Shown here: one piece after another, positions 1 through 12,199 of the stretch
Numbering within the stretch: position 1 is the first letter of the stretch
How the letters are laid out: every line of letters begins with the position of its first letter
The notes under the pieces: generated by a model
Told to the model about the DNA's origin: nothing
Seen by the model: only the letters and a program-made list of their open reading frames with translations
Database searches by the model: none
Position numbers and translations under genes: made by a program
NCBI RefSeq assembly: GCF_902713615.1
Contig: NC_052172.1
Span: 496,001 to 560,000 of the forward strand
Direction: 5' to 3'
DNA length: 64,000 bases
DNA from: Scyliorhinus canicula
Lineage: Eukaryota

Positions 1-614
1 TGCTTGATCAGGGATAGTCAGCACGGATTTCTGAGCGGTAGGTCTTGCCTTACAAGTCTTATTGAATTATTTGAGGAGGTGACCAAGCATGTGGATGAAG
101 GTAAAGCAGTGGATGTAGTGTACATGGATTTTAGTAAGGCATTTGATAAGGTTCCCATGGTAGGCTTATGCGGAAAGTAGGGAGGCATGGGATAGTGGAA
201 AATGTTGCCAGTTGGATAATGAACTGGCTAACCAATAGAAGTCAGAGATTGGTAGTGGATGGGAAATATTCAGCCTGGAGCCCAGTTACCAGTGGTGTAC
301 TGCAGTGATCAGTTCTGGGTCCTCTGCTTTTTGTGATTTTCATTAATGACTTGGATGAGTGAGTTGAAGGGTGGGTCAGTAAATTTGCAGATGATATGAA
401 GATTGGTGGAGTTGTGGATAGTGAGGAGGGCTGTTGTCGACTGCAAAGAGACATAGATAGGATGCAGAGCTGGGCTGAGAAGTGGTAGATGGACTTTAAC
501 CCTGACAAGTGTGAGGTTGTCCATTTTGGAAGGAGAAATGTGAATGCGGAACACCGGGTTAACGGTAGGGTTCTTGGCAATGCTGTGGAGCAGAGAGATC
601 TTGGGGTCTATGTT

Positions 615-803
615 GAAATGAAATGATAAATGAAAATCGCATATTGTCAGGAGTAGGCTTCAATGAAGTTACTGTGAAAAGCCCCTAGTCGCCACATACC
701 GGCGTTTGTCCGGGGCGGCTGGTACGGGAATCAAACTGTTCTGCTGGCCTGCTTGGTGTGCTTTAAAAGCCAACGATTTAGCCCAGTGAGCTAAACCAGC
801 CCC
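615..803 (-). mobile_element. tRNA-headed SINE with Rex1-like tail (called family R here)
   Basis: Interrupts CR1 ORF2; TSD TATGTT at 609-614 and 804-809; minus strand starts GGGGCTGGTTTAGCTC and ends in (TTTCA)n. Confidence 0.88.
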
Positions 804-1408
804 TATGTTCAGAGATCTTTGAAAGTTGCCACTCAAGTGGATAGAGCTGTGAAGAAGGCCTATGGTGTGCTAGCATTCATTGGCAGAGGGATTGAATTTA
901 AGAGCTGTGAGGTGATGATGCAGCTGTACAAAACCTTGGTAAGGCCACATTTGGAGTACTGTGTGCAGTTCTGGTCACCTCATTTTAGGAAGGATGTGGA
1001 AGCTTTGGAAAAGGTGCAAAGGAGATTTACCAGGATGTTGCCTGGAATGGAGAGTAGGTCTGATGAGGAAAGGTTGAGGGTGCTAGGCCTTTTCTCATTA
1101 GAACGGAGAAGGATGAGGAACGACTTGATAGAGGTTTATAAGATGATCGGGGAATAGATAGAGTAGACAGTCAGAGACTTTTTCCCCGGGTGGAACAAAC
1201 CATTACAAGGGTACATAAATTTAAGGTGAATGGTGGAAGATACAGGGGGGATGTCAGAGTTAGGTTCTTTACCCAGAGAGTAGTGGGGGCATGGAATGCA
1301 CTGCCTGTGGAAGTAGGTGAGTCGGCAACATTAGGGACCTTCAAGCGGCTATTGGATACGTACATGGATTATGGTAGAATAATGGAGTGTAGATTAATTT
1401 GTTCTTAA

Positions 1409-1762
1409 GGGCAGCACGGTAGCATTGTGGATAGCACAATTGCGTCACAGCTAGAGGGTCCCAGGTTCGATTCCGCCTTGGGTCACTGTCTGTGCGGGGT
1501 CTGCACATCCACCCCGTGTGTGCGTGGGTTTCCTCCGGATGTTCCGGTTTTCTCCCACAGTCGAAAGATGCGCAGGTTAGGTGGATTGGCCATGATAAAT
1601 TGCCCTTAGTGTCCAAAATTGCAGTCAGTGTTGGGTGGGTTTACTAGGTTATGGGGATAGGGTGGAGTTGTTGACCTCGGGTAGGGTGCTCTTCCCAAGA
1701 GCCGGTGCAGACTCGATGGGCCGAGTGGCCTCCTGCACTGTAAATTCTATGATAATCTATGA
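1409..1762 (+). mobile_element. HE1-like tRNA SINE embedded in the CR1 3'UTR
   Basis: GGGCAGCACGGTAGC head, B-box GGTTCGATTCC, core GGTTAGGTGGATTGGCC, CR1-type tail GACTCGATGGGCCG..TTCTATG; TTAA on both sides. Confidence 0.88.
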
Positions 1763-1842
1763 TTAATCTAGGACAAAGGTTCGGCACAACATCGTGGGCT
1801 GAAGGGCCTGTTCTGTGCTGTATTTTTCTATGTTCTATGTTC

Positions 1843-4335
1843 CCCTGTTGGGGGATTTGAGGTGTGCAGTCACCGGTAAAAGTCCTCAAAGGTCTTGTTA
1901 ACCTTGTTTGGGTCTGTTTCTAGTGTGCCTCTGTTGTCTCAAATTTGCACAATCTTTCTGTTGGCTGCTCAGCTGGCCTTCTCTGCTGGTGTGCCAACAG
2001 GCGGCTGGCTTTGTCCCCGTCTTTGTATAGGGTTCCCCATGCTTGGTGGAGTTGGTGCACTGCTTTACTCGTGGAGAGCAGGTCAAAGTCCATTTGTTGC
2101 TTTTCCATCTCTGCCAAGAGCTCTATTGGTTGGGGCCGACTGCTGCCTAACCACTCTCTCCTCTCTCCCTTTGTGCTTTAAAGGCAATAGTTTCCCCTCC
2201 AATCACGGCCTTTAGCTCCTCCCAGACACGGAGACTGAGACCTCCCCATTTTGGTTGTTTGTCGCATTCTCCGCTATGGCCTGTGATACCCTCTCGCTGA
2301 AAGCCATGTTGGCCAGTCGGGCAGTGTCCAACCTCTATGTGGGGCATTGGGTACTGCCCATCTCCAACCTCACATCCATATAATGTGGAGCATGGTCTGA
2401 GATTACGATTACGGAGACGCCGCCTTGACCAGCCCTGGGAGCACCGATTTTCCAACCAGAAAGAAGTGACTCCTCAAGTATATGTTGTGGACTGGTGAGA
2501 ACAAGGAGAAATCCTGCGGCCCTGGGTGGGTGAACCTCCCACCGCCCCCATCTGCCCCATGAAGCGACCGGGTTCCTTCGCCATGTTCAAGGTCTTCCCC
2601 ATTCCGGGGTTTGAGCTGTCTGTCCATGTGTCCTGTACACAGTTAAAGTCCCCCCCACCCCCCACCATGATCAGTCGGTGTGTCGCTATGTAGGGGATTT
2701 CTGCCTTTGGCTTGTTAATGAATTTTGCGTTGTCCCAGTTGAGAGTGTTCACGTTGACAGTCCAACCATGACGTAGCATCCCCCTGGGTCCGTTACCGTC
2801 ATCGTCACCTTAAACATAGTCCTGTTCTTTAACAGAATCACTACCCCCCAGGCCCTCGTCCCATGGCAGGAATGGTAAGTCTGTCCCACCCAGCCCTTCC
2901 TTAGCCACAGCCGGTCCTGCTCTCTCAGGTGTGTCTCTTGGAGGACGACTATGTTGGCTCTCATGTTTCTTCGGTGGGTGAAGACTCTGGATATTTTCAC
3001 TGGGCCTTTAAGTTCCTTGACATTCCAGGTTACCAGGTCCCTTTTCCCATCGCCTCCCCTTCCCGTCCCCCCTCTCCCATCTTCTTTCCCTTCCTCTGTC
3101 CCCCTTCCCCGAGCTCCTTTTCCCCAATACTTCTCCGTCCCTGCTGTTTGTTCTCACCCCCCCTGCCAGGCACTGCCCCCCCCCCCCCCCCCCCCGTTGG
3201 AAGACAGCCGCGGCCTCTATCTTCTGCATGTTCCCGGCGTTAGCTCTCCCGCTAGTGTGGTGACCCTCCTCCTGGGAGTTACTGTCCCGCTGTCCTTCCA
3301 CCCAATCTCTGTGGTTTCTGTATGTTCTTTCCACATCATGCCCAACTCTTGGTCCTCCACCTTTTGCCCTTGTCTGCACGTATAGGGCCACCATCTCCCG
3401 CCTCTTCGTCAGTCAGTTGTGTTGTGGTGGGTGGAGGAGGGGTGAGGTTCTTTTCTCCCCCTCCCCTCCCCAATTGTTGGTTTGCCAATGCGCTGCCGCT
3501 CTTCGCCTGGACCCCTCCCGCCTCTCCTGTGGTCACGGCCCCAGCCCGCAGTCTGTGACAAACGTATCTGCTTCAGTTGGGGCCTTAAAAACAATATTTT
3601 TTGCCCTGGTATGTGACCCAGGCCTGGCTGGATATAACATTCTTAAGTGTACGCCGCTTTCGTACAGCGCTGCTCTGGCCCTGTTAAATCCAGCTCTGCA
3701 CATGGCCAGGTCAGCCCCAATGTCCTGATAAATTCAGAGTCTGTGTCCTTCCTTATTTCAGTTCCTCGTGTTTAAAAATAAAAAACCAATGAGGAGAAAA
3801 TAAAATGGAGTTCTGCTCCGATCGGGCTGAGAAGCCCGAAGTGCCGGGACCTGCGCAGGAGACCACCCACGATGCAGTCGTCAATCACCCCAGCCCCGGA
3901 GAGAGAGAAGGTGAACAAAACCCCGAGAAATGGAGAGAGGCCCACAATTCAAACAAGAAGGAAAACAGAGAGAGAGACAAAAGGGACCAAGGGGAGAGAG
4001 ACCCAACGAGACAGAGAGAAGTAAAGACCCAAGGGGAGGAGAAAAGAAGAGGGGCAAAACACACCTCCAAAAAGACGGAGTTCTCCTTTGATCAGGCCGA
4101 ACTGCCGGCACCAGTGGAGGAGCCGCCCACTATGCTGGCACTGTGTCTTCACTTACAATTCCTTAGTTGCTCACCCAATAGACCTTTTTTTTCTCTTCCC
4201 CTGTACTCTGGTAAGTGCCTCCTTATGCCAAGTTCTGAACTTTCCAAAATATTTCAATTGTTGCACTTGAAGGTGTTTTTGATTGTAGTGGAGAGCCTCC
4301 ACGTGTGAGCTCCCCCCTCTGAACTCAGCCCCCCT
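1843..4335 (-). mobile_element. L1-clade LINE remnant (ORF1 C-terminus and ORF2 endonuclease, internally deleted; putative 5'UTR 3780-4335)
   Basis: Minus-strand peptides IVVLQETHLREQD..KGWVGQ..GVVILL and GGDFNCV (APE endonuclease); RIYQDIGADL..MLYPAR (L1 ORF1 C-terminus); LYKDGDKASRLLAHQ; 5' boundary uncertain. Confidence 0.78.
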
Positions 4336-4369
4336 CTGTTTAGACTCATAACTCATTTTCCCAATTCCC

Positions 4370-5290
4370 CTCATTTCACACATTCACAGGTTTCCATATT
4401 CCCCTTGTTTTGCACACTCTCCTTGTTTTACACAGTCCTATGGTTTACACATTATCCTGGTTAACCCACTCATCTGCTCAATACACTCCCCTGTTCCACA
4501 CACGACACCGGTTTACACATTTCCAATAGTTAACACACTCCCCATGTTTACCCACTCCTCTGTTATGCTTGGCTTCACACACTCCCCCGCTTTTACACAC
4601 TCTGCAAGTTTACACATGCTTTTCTTGTCCACTCTCTTCTGCTTTTAAGCACTCCCCTGGTTCATATTCACCACAAATTCTATAAACTCCTGGATTTAAC
4701 TCCCCAGGTTTTACCCATTTCAACTAATACACAGTTATATTCTGTAATTGTCGGGTTTTCACAATCCTCTCTTAAACATACTTATACACCTGGTTTTACA
4801 CACACACGGGCAGTGTGCAAACCCAGTGATTGTACAACACACCTGCTATTACAGCCTCAAATTTTACATGTATTGTACAATCACTGCCCGGCTTACACAC
4901 TTCATAGGTTTTACACAATCCCGGTTCACAGACACCCAGCTTGCACAATCACTTACTTTTTCACACTTTCCTTGTTAACACACTTGCACCCACGGCTTTG
5001 CATATCCCTGACTTTACACACTCCCAGTTTATGTAATTCTATTACAGGGGAGTGAGCGAACCAGGGGAGCGAGTGAACCAGGGGAGTGTGTAAAACAGCA
5101 CAGTATTTAATTCCCGGATATGCTAACAAATAGCCGTGTGTGTGAAGAACCAGAGTGTGTGAGCAGGGGTGTGTGTTAAACCAGGCAAATGTATAAACCA
5201 GGGGCTGTGGAAACCAGGAGAGTGAGAAAACTAGGAATGTGCTAAACCAGGAGTGTGTGCAAAATTAGGGCAGTGAGTAAGCAGTTGATT
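4370..5290. repeat. Degenerate CA-rich repeat (ACACTCCCCTGGTTTACAC-like); orientation flips near 5040
   Basis: Recurring acactcccc/tttacac motifs, then their reverse complement gtgaaccaggggagtg. Confidence 0.6.
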
Positions 5291-8200
5291 GTACAAATCA
5301 AATTTACTTTGAAATTGGAAATGGGTGATAATGAAGTCAGTCAGTGAAATGGTAGTTTGCAGAAAGTGTGTGTTTCAGGGGCTGAGTGACAGTGTAATAA
5401 CAAACAAGCTGCAGGCAATGACTGCAAATTGAATATCTCATTGGGACAAACACACAGCTACAAAGGTGATTGGATGACCCCTGGGGCGCAGGGCCACTTG
5501 CACCCACACACACACAGACACCCCCCAACACGGGCTCTATAGGAGATTTTGCTCTATATTTGATGACAGTGAAATGGGGAATATTCCCATAGATTCTCAA
5601 AGTACCGGAGACTGATACATACAGGATAAATCTGGCACAGAGGTTTTGGCAAAGAATGAAAACTGCTGATGAAATGTCAAATTCACACTCACTACCCCTG
5701 GCAACCTCACAATGAGCTGTTGTTAGTGTATCGGACCACACCCCAATTTTGTTTAGGATACCGGACAAGAAAATGCAAACATCTTTTTCAATTTTTTAAA
5801 TTAAAAATTGTACATTAACTCAATGTACAGCTCAAATGTACAGAATCAACTCGATGTACAACTCAAATATACAGAATAAACATGAAGGTGGCATCACATA
5901 CATGCAAAGAGGAGGTGCAGATCATAATCCACATTCGCTTACCAAAAACACACTTGTAATAAATTTAAAACGTGACAATTACTTTTCAGAAACCAAAAGA
6001 CGCAGACAATATATTCATATACTTGTGACAGAAAAGTGCACAAATATTCAATTTTGTCACGTCAGAATGGATAGGAGTAGAGAAAACTATGTCTTAATGA
6101 ATCAGAAATTTTAAAAGATGGAATAATTTACTTTAATGTTTTCAGGAACTCAAATGAGTAGATAAAACAAAATAAGATACTGAGCTATGAGAGATTGAGG
6201 TGAACATATTAACACATAGAGCCACACTGAAAACTGTGATAGATGCACGATACAACACAATGTTCCAATTCACTGGAATATACAGAGTGAAAACAACACT
6301 CACATGGCAGCAGTGGACATTCTCAGTGAAAAGCGGGACAGATATACCACATACTGGCAGCTTTATGAATATAAAAATGCTTCCATTAATCTATTTAAAG
6401 AAATAGAGATTAATATCTACCCTTTTCTGAAACGTAAGGTTGCAGTACAAACCCAGAATCTATGCATCAGAAACTCTGGGAAACAGAGTACAATAGACAG
6501 TGACATATACAGGACTTGGCTGACTTATGGGAAGTTTGACCTATTACAATTGTAGTTAGAAGAACTACAATCAACTTTTTAAAAGAGATAGGTATCAGAG
6601 AGGATGTTGCTGTCAAAATCCTACTTTCCTACACAGTACCATCTGTGACAGATCAAGAAGGAAAACAGTAATGACATACTGTACCGGAGACTGATACATA
6701 CAGGATAAATCCGGCACAGAGATATTTGACAAAGAATGAAGACTGCTGATGAAATGTCAAACTCACGCTCACTTTCCGTGGCATCCTCACAATGAGCTGT
6801 TGTTAGTGTATCGGACCACACCCCAACTTTTGTCAGGACACTGGATGAGAAACTGCAAACATTTTTTTCAATTTGTAAAACTGAGGAAAGGAAATTTGTC
6901 CCCAGGAGTGATGACACTGACCAATATAATAAAACAAACTTTAATTTAAACACAGAATTAATCACATTAACATCAAAGCACCAGCTTTACAATTAACAGT
7001 GAATCCTATACTCTCACAGATTATCAGATTGTCAGGTAAAGAATCAATTATATATTCACAAAGAAAAAAAACCATATGATATTGACAGTTATGTGAGAAA
7101 TTTCACTCCAGTACACATGAGGAAACAAGAATTTGCAGTATGAATGACATGGTTGCATTGCTTTCAGAGACAATCTTACAAACAATCTTATCCATATCGA
7201 GATTCCAGAAAATGACAGATCCAGACAGGAATGTTGGGGATTATGGATTAGTACAAAACTCACATTCTGAATCAGAGAATGGTGAATCGAAAACAAATCC
7301 CAGAACAATTCATTTGCAGCGAATGATAGATGCAGAATTACTTGGATACTGACATCGTGGCTCAGTGGTGAACCGATACTGGATAAACATATTTCATATA
7401 CAGACTACTATTGGTGTTAGTATATATGTTGTTTGAATGTGGGCATTATCAAAAAGTACCTTCCTAATTAAACACAGTAAGGTGGCTGTGGACTGCCTTC
7501 TTTCACCCTCGTAGCCTGTCTGCCGATGCTACATCGATGGAACAAGGGCACTACAAAGAACACACCAACAATAAACATGCAAACACACAAAAACCCCACA
7601 GTTGCATCCCAATAACTAATAGGGTAAATAAAACAAACATTCAAAAACAGATGCAGATAATGAGTTATCACAACATCCACATTCCCTGACTGAAATATTC
7701 AGAGTAAATTCCACATCCAATTAGCAGAGTAAAGAACAGGCATCAAGTGTTGCAGTAACTGACACATGCAGCACATAACTGACATTGGGAAAAGACAAGT
7801 GAAGATTAAAATGCATTGTTACATAAAGGAAACTGACAGAGACTTAATACACATTCACTTCCCGTATTTAACAGGTACAGGAAATGGAAACAACTTTCCG
7901 TCCATGGCAGAACTAACCTGTGGAGAGAAAATAGACAATGAGACAGCTGTACAGCAGAAAATACTGATTCACAAATTGGAAACTGTCAGCTCAATATTAA
8001 ATGAGCAAAACAAACCCATATGAGACTGTAATGGGTTTGCAGTGATCCCATTCACTGTCCAAAAATTACAGATAAAGTGTAAGGTGTTTCCTTCTACATT
8101 GGAAATACAGGTAAACCCAAATTCACACATAAGAAATTGACAAATTCAAAATGCAGCCAACATTTACAACGGTAAGAATATGACAGAAATAGAATAAGAT

Positions 8201-9199
8201 AGTCACCAAATAATGACACGCAGAATAAAATTGACATGAGGCTAATAGAAACGAAATACTAGATTAATATCTCCAATCACAGATTAGAAAGTGAATTCGA
8301 CAATAAAGTACAGATTCTCCTAAGGGAGGTCAACATGTACAGACTCGACCCTGAGCTGACCTGACATGTCCAAAAAAGAGATAGACGTGTGGATCACAGC
8401 CCAAACTCACTTATCAGAAACTTGCTTTAACAATAAAAATATCACAGTCAAATTTCAGAAACTGACAGGTGCAAAGCAGTCCTGTGACAGTAACATACTC
8501 AATCACTCAATTTTCTTAATTCAGAAATGGAAACTAGCTCTGAATGAACCAGAAACTTACAGAGATGGAATAGTTTACACTTATCTACCAGAAACTGAAA
8601 TGTTGAGATAAAACAATATCAGAAACTTTGATATAAGAGATTGAGGTGAACGTATTAAAGCAGACAGCCACACTGGAATGTCTGATTGATGCATGGTACA
8701 ACCCAATGTTCCAAATCACTGAAACGTACAGAGTGAAAACAACTGTCCCATGGCAGCAATGTACATATTCTGTCCATAGCTACACAGAGATATCAGTTAT
8801 TGACAACTAAGTGAGTATACAATTGATCATATTCAATGTATCAGGAAATGACAGATGGCGAGAAATGTGCATAAACCCAAATCAGAGTCTTAAATGCATG
8901 CACTTGTACATTGTAATATAATTCATATATATCATTGCTGACAGATATAGTGTAATATAGATAATATACAATAAAATTCATATGCAACACATCAGGAAAT
9001 GACAGATGAACAGAACAATACAAACATCAATCCCACAGTTAAACAGGTAGAGATTAAAATCTACATTTTGGAGAAACACGGTATCAGGGCAAACCCATAA
9101 TCTTTGTTTCAGACACTCAATGAAACAGAATGCAACAGACGGTGTCATACAAAAGACTGGTAGGGACACAGAATTGGGAACAGAAACAAAAGCAAAATG

Positions 9200-9420
9200 A
9201 AAAGAGTAACCTTTTCATGCAGGACGAGGTTAAAGTGTGGGATACACTTGAGAGTGTGGTGAGGAGTGGTTCAACGGCAGCGTTTAAAGTTGGAATACAT
9301 TGTTATCTGAAAAGGAAGAATGTGGAAGATGACAGGACTGGGGATGTTGCCCATTTGGAGAGACATTTTCGACAAGATGGGTCGAATGCCCTCCTGCCCT
9401 GAGACAGTTCTGTATTTCTG
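9200..9420 (+). mobile_element. Old CR1 3'-end fragment
   Basis: Degenerate LFMQDEVKVWDTL..AAFK peptide and gatgggtcgaatgccctcct tail. Confidence 0.55.
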
Positions 9421-9623
9421 ATATTAAATCTTAGAGGAGCAGTAAATATGATTGGCTATCAAAAGTATCCAGTCAGAGAATTATAGAGGTGACATCACTG
9501 TCAATAGGCCAATCAGGAAAATTGCCTGCACCAATCCCTAATTTGCAGAGGGCTGTGGTTGGATCTGTGAAAATCGAGTTGTTGGGTTAGGCTGTTATTG
9601 GCTTTGTGAAATTGAAGCTGACG

Positions 9624-9778
9624 ATGGGAGATGAAAAGAAGCCGCTCGCTTCCAAGAAGGGCGGTAAGAAAGCTCTGAACAAAACTCCTGTGAAGGGCGG
9701 CAAAAGGAGAAAGCAAAGCAGGAAGGAGAGTTACGGCATCATTATCTACAAAGTGATGAAGCAGGTTCACCCCGACAC
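9624..9778 (+). pseudogene. H2B: 3'-truncated histone H2B pseudogene
   Basis: [36 protein letters not shown], then runs directly into a minisatellite; no stem-loop; upstream CCAAT boxes and ATTTGCAG octamer variant at 9541. Confidence 0.9.
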
Positions 9779-10490
9779 TCACACACTGTATCAGAGAGTG
9801 AGTAAATCCCACACAGACTCCATCAGAGAGTGAGTAAATCCCACACTCACACGATGTATCAGAGAGTGAGTAAATCCCACACAGACTCCATCAGAGAGTG
9901 AGTAAATCCCACACTATCAGAGAGTGAGTAAATCCCACACAGACTCCATCAGAGAATGAGTAAATCCCACACTCACACAATGTATCAGAGAGTGAGTAAA
10001 TCCCACACACACTATCAGAGAGTGAGTAAATCCCACACACTCACACTGTATCAGAGTGTCAGTAAATCCCACACTCACACACTGTATCAGAGATTGATTA
10101 AATCCTACATACACACTGTATCAGAGTGAATATATCCCACACTCACACTGTATCAGAGTGAATACATTCCACACTCACATTGTATCAGAGTGAATATATC
10201 CCACACTCACACAATGTATCAGAGAGTGAGTAAATCCCACACAGACTCCATCAGAGAGTGAGTAAATCCCACACTCACACAATGTATCAGAGAGTGAGTA
10301 AATCCCACACACATACTATCAGAGAGTGAGTAAATCCCACACACTCACACTGTATCAGAGTGTCAGTAAATCCCACACTCACACACTGTATCAGAGATTG
10401 AGTAAATCCTACACCCACACTGTATCAGAGTGAATACATCCCACACTCACACTGTATCAGAGTGAATACATCCAACACTCACATATATTA
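9779..10490. repeat. Minisatellite, ~30-38 bp unit (CACACTGTATCAGAGAGTGAGTAAATCCCACACT)
   Basis: About 20 imperfect tandem units; shorter array at ~49895-50052. Confidence 0.9.
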
Positions 10491-10689
10491 CAAGAGACTC
10501 ATTGTCCTGAGGGAATCTCGCAGTGTGATGGTTCTCTCTAAATGAGTCTCACAGACTCTCTGATACTGTGCGGTGAAGGGTCCCTCTCACCGACAGCCAG
10601 GTGAAATTTCCCGGTGAATCTTTACCCACTGACAAACTGGGACTGGAGACATTATTTCTGAAATGTATTTTCCGTTTCCTGTAAGGACG

Positions 10690-10850
10690 TTTATGATTGG
10701 TGGAAAATCTTAAATCTGATTGGTCTGTTCAGACATCCAATCAAATAAACCGAACATAACTGGCTGCCTTCATTTTCACAATGTCCAATCACAATCATTC
10801 CTTTCCCCATTCCTCATTAGCATAGATGTGAGGCTCTATCTATTTAATCA
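10690..10850 (+). promoter_or_regulatory. H2B promoter: CCAAT boxes, octamer-like element, TATA
   Basis: ATTGG x2 and CCAAT x2; CTCATTAGCATA (variant of the H2B octamer ATTTGCAT); TATTTAA at ~10841. Confidence 0.72.
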
Positions 10851-10892
10851 GCGCTCGGAAGGGGTTTGCTTTATTTCTGGGTGAAACTGAAG

Positions 10893-11279
10893 ATGGCTGA
10901 CGAGAAGAAACCAACATCGAAACCAGCTGCCAAGAAGGGAGCCAAGAAAGTCATTAAGAAACCGGCAGTAAAGGGCGGCAAGAAGCGGCGAAAGTCGAGG
11001 AAGGAGAGTTACTCCATCTACATCTACAAAGTGATGAAGCAGGTTCACCCCGACACCGGCATCTCCTCCAAGGCCATGAGCATCATGAACTCGTTCGTCA
11101 GCGATATTTTCGAGCGTATCGCGGGTGAGGCTTCCCGCCTGGCCCATTACAACAAGCGCCACACCATCAGCTCCCGGGAGATCCAGACCGCCGTGCGCCT
11201 GCTGCTGCCCGGGGAACTGGCCAAGCACGCCGTGTCGGAAGGGACAAAGGCGGTCACCAAGTACACCAGCTCCAAGTAA
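10893..11279 (+). CDS. H2B: Histone H2B, replication-dependent, 128 aa
   Basis: [42 protein letters not shown]; intronless. Confidence 0.98.
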   Translation: MADEKKPTSKPAAKKGAKKVIKKPAVKGGKKRRKSRKESYSIYIYKVMKQVHPDTGISSKAMSIMNSFVSDIFERIAGEASRLAHYNKRHTISSREIQTAVRLLLPGELAKHAVSEGTKAVTKYTSSK

Positions 11280-11316
11280 AACTGCACAATGGACTGAAAA
11301 CCACCCCAAACACAAC

Positions 11317-11356
11317 GGCTCTTTTAAGAGCCACCCACAACTTCTGTAAAGCAGCC
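11317..11356 (+). promoter_or_regulatory. Histone 3' stem-loop and downstream element (H2B)
   Basis: GGCTCTTTTAAGAGCC-ACCCA at 11317, purine-rich AAAGCAG about 15 nt downstream. Confidence 0.95.
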
Positions 11357-12199
11357 AAACCATCAAGATTTAAATTATCGATTTAATTCTATTATGAATA
11401 TCCAGATCCGTTTTAATTGCGTTTCACTACAATAGCATCCTGTATAATGCAGTTATCGTCAGGTCGATCTTTGTACGTTGTTTATAAAGTTCCATCATTT
11501 AGTGACTCCTCGGTGACAGGTTCAGACTCGGCCGTTGTCGCTGGATTTGGAGAGAATAGAACTTCAGTACCAATATTTCCCGTAGCATTTGTGTTCAGCC
11601 TTATAAATTACTCCGTTTCCATTTGTGTTCATGTTCACACTCTATGATCGGGAGCACCCCAGTGGTGTGGGTAAACTCCATTTCAATACTGACACTAGCT
11701 CCAAACTGCTCACTTCACTTTTAACACCAAGAAAGCGGCAGCAGTCTACAATATGAATAAATGTTACTATGTTTGCAGATGGCTGTGAAGTAGACACTGT
11801 CGGCGGCTGAGAGCGTTTTAAACAACAGCCAGACTAAACGTGTGAAGTCAGTTCCCCTTCTACAGATCCTAAACTTTTCTCTCCACAGATAATACCAGAC
11901 ACGCTGAGTTGATCCAGCATTTTCTCTTTAATTAACATTTGCAGCTTCCGCATTATTTTGGTTTAATTTATTTTGGGTTTGTTGACAGTTACAGAGACAA
12001 AATCAGAAACTAACAGATAATGGGAAGCTAGACGCGGGAAAGAGAGAGAATCCAACAATCTTATACTCAAATGATTTAGTCACATTTTTTATTCAATTTT
12101 ATTTGTTATATCTTTTCGCGCCCATTTAAGATTTGAAATAAATATTCGGTTGGAATCTGAACATTTGGCGCCCAAACTTTCTGCCCTCAGCACCGTGTG

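Larger units (their letters stand above)
1..1842 (+). mobile_element. CR1-clade LINE (HER1-like), RT C-terminal half and 3'UTR, decayed; runs off window start
   Basis: RT motifs ([28 protein letters not shown]) and LYKTLVRPHLEYCVQFW..FFTQRVVGAWN; stops and frameshifts; (TTCTATG)n tail at ~1826-1842; two nested SINEs. Confidence 0.92.

Noticed and set aside
1409-1480. SINE heads as functional tRNA genes
   Set aside because: They continue into SINE core and tail, with TSDs and degenerate arms
3805-4308. 167-aa charged ORF recurring in three copies
   Set aside because: Frameshifted differently in each copy; lies antisense in the putative L1 5' region
9779-10490. CRISPR-like appearance of the tandem arrays
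   Set aside because: No unique spacers, no cas genes, eukaryotic context
10848-11366. Long antisense ORFs over the histone genes
   Set aside because: Expected shadow of GC3-rich histone codon usage
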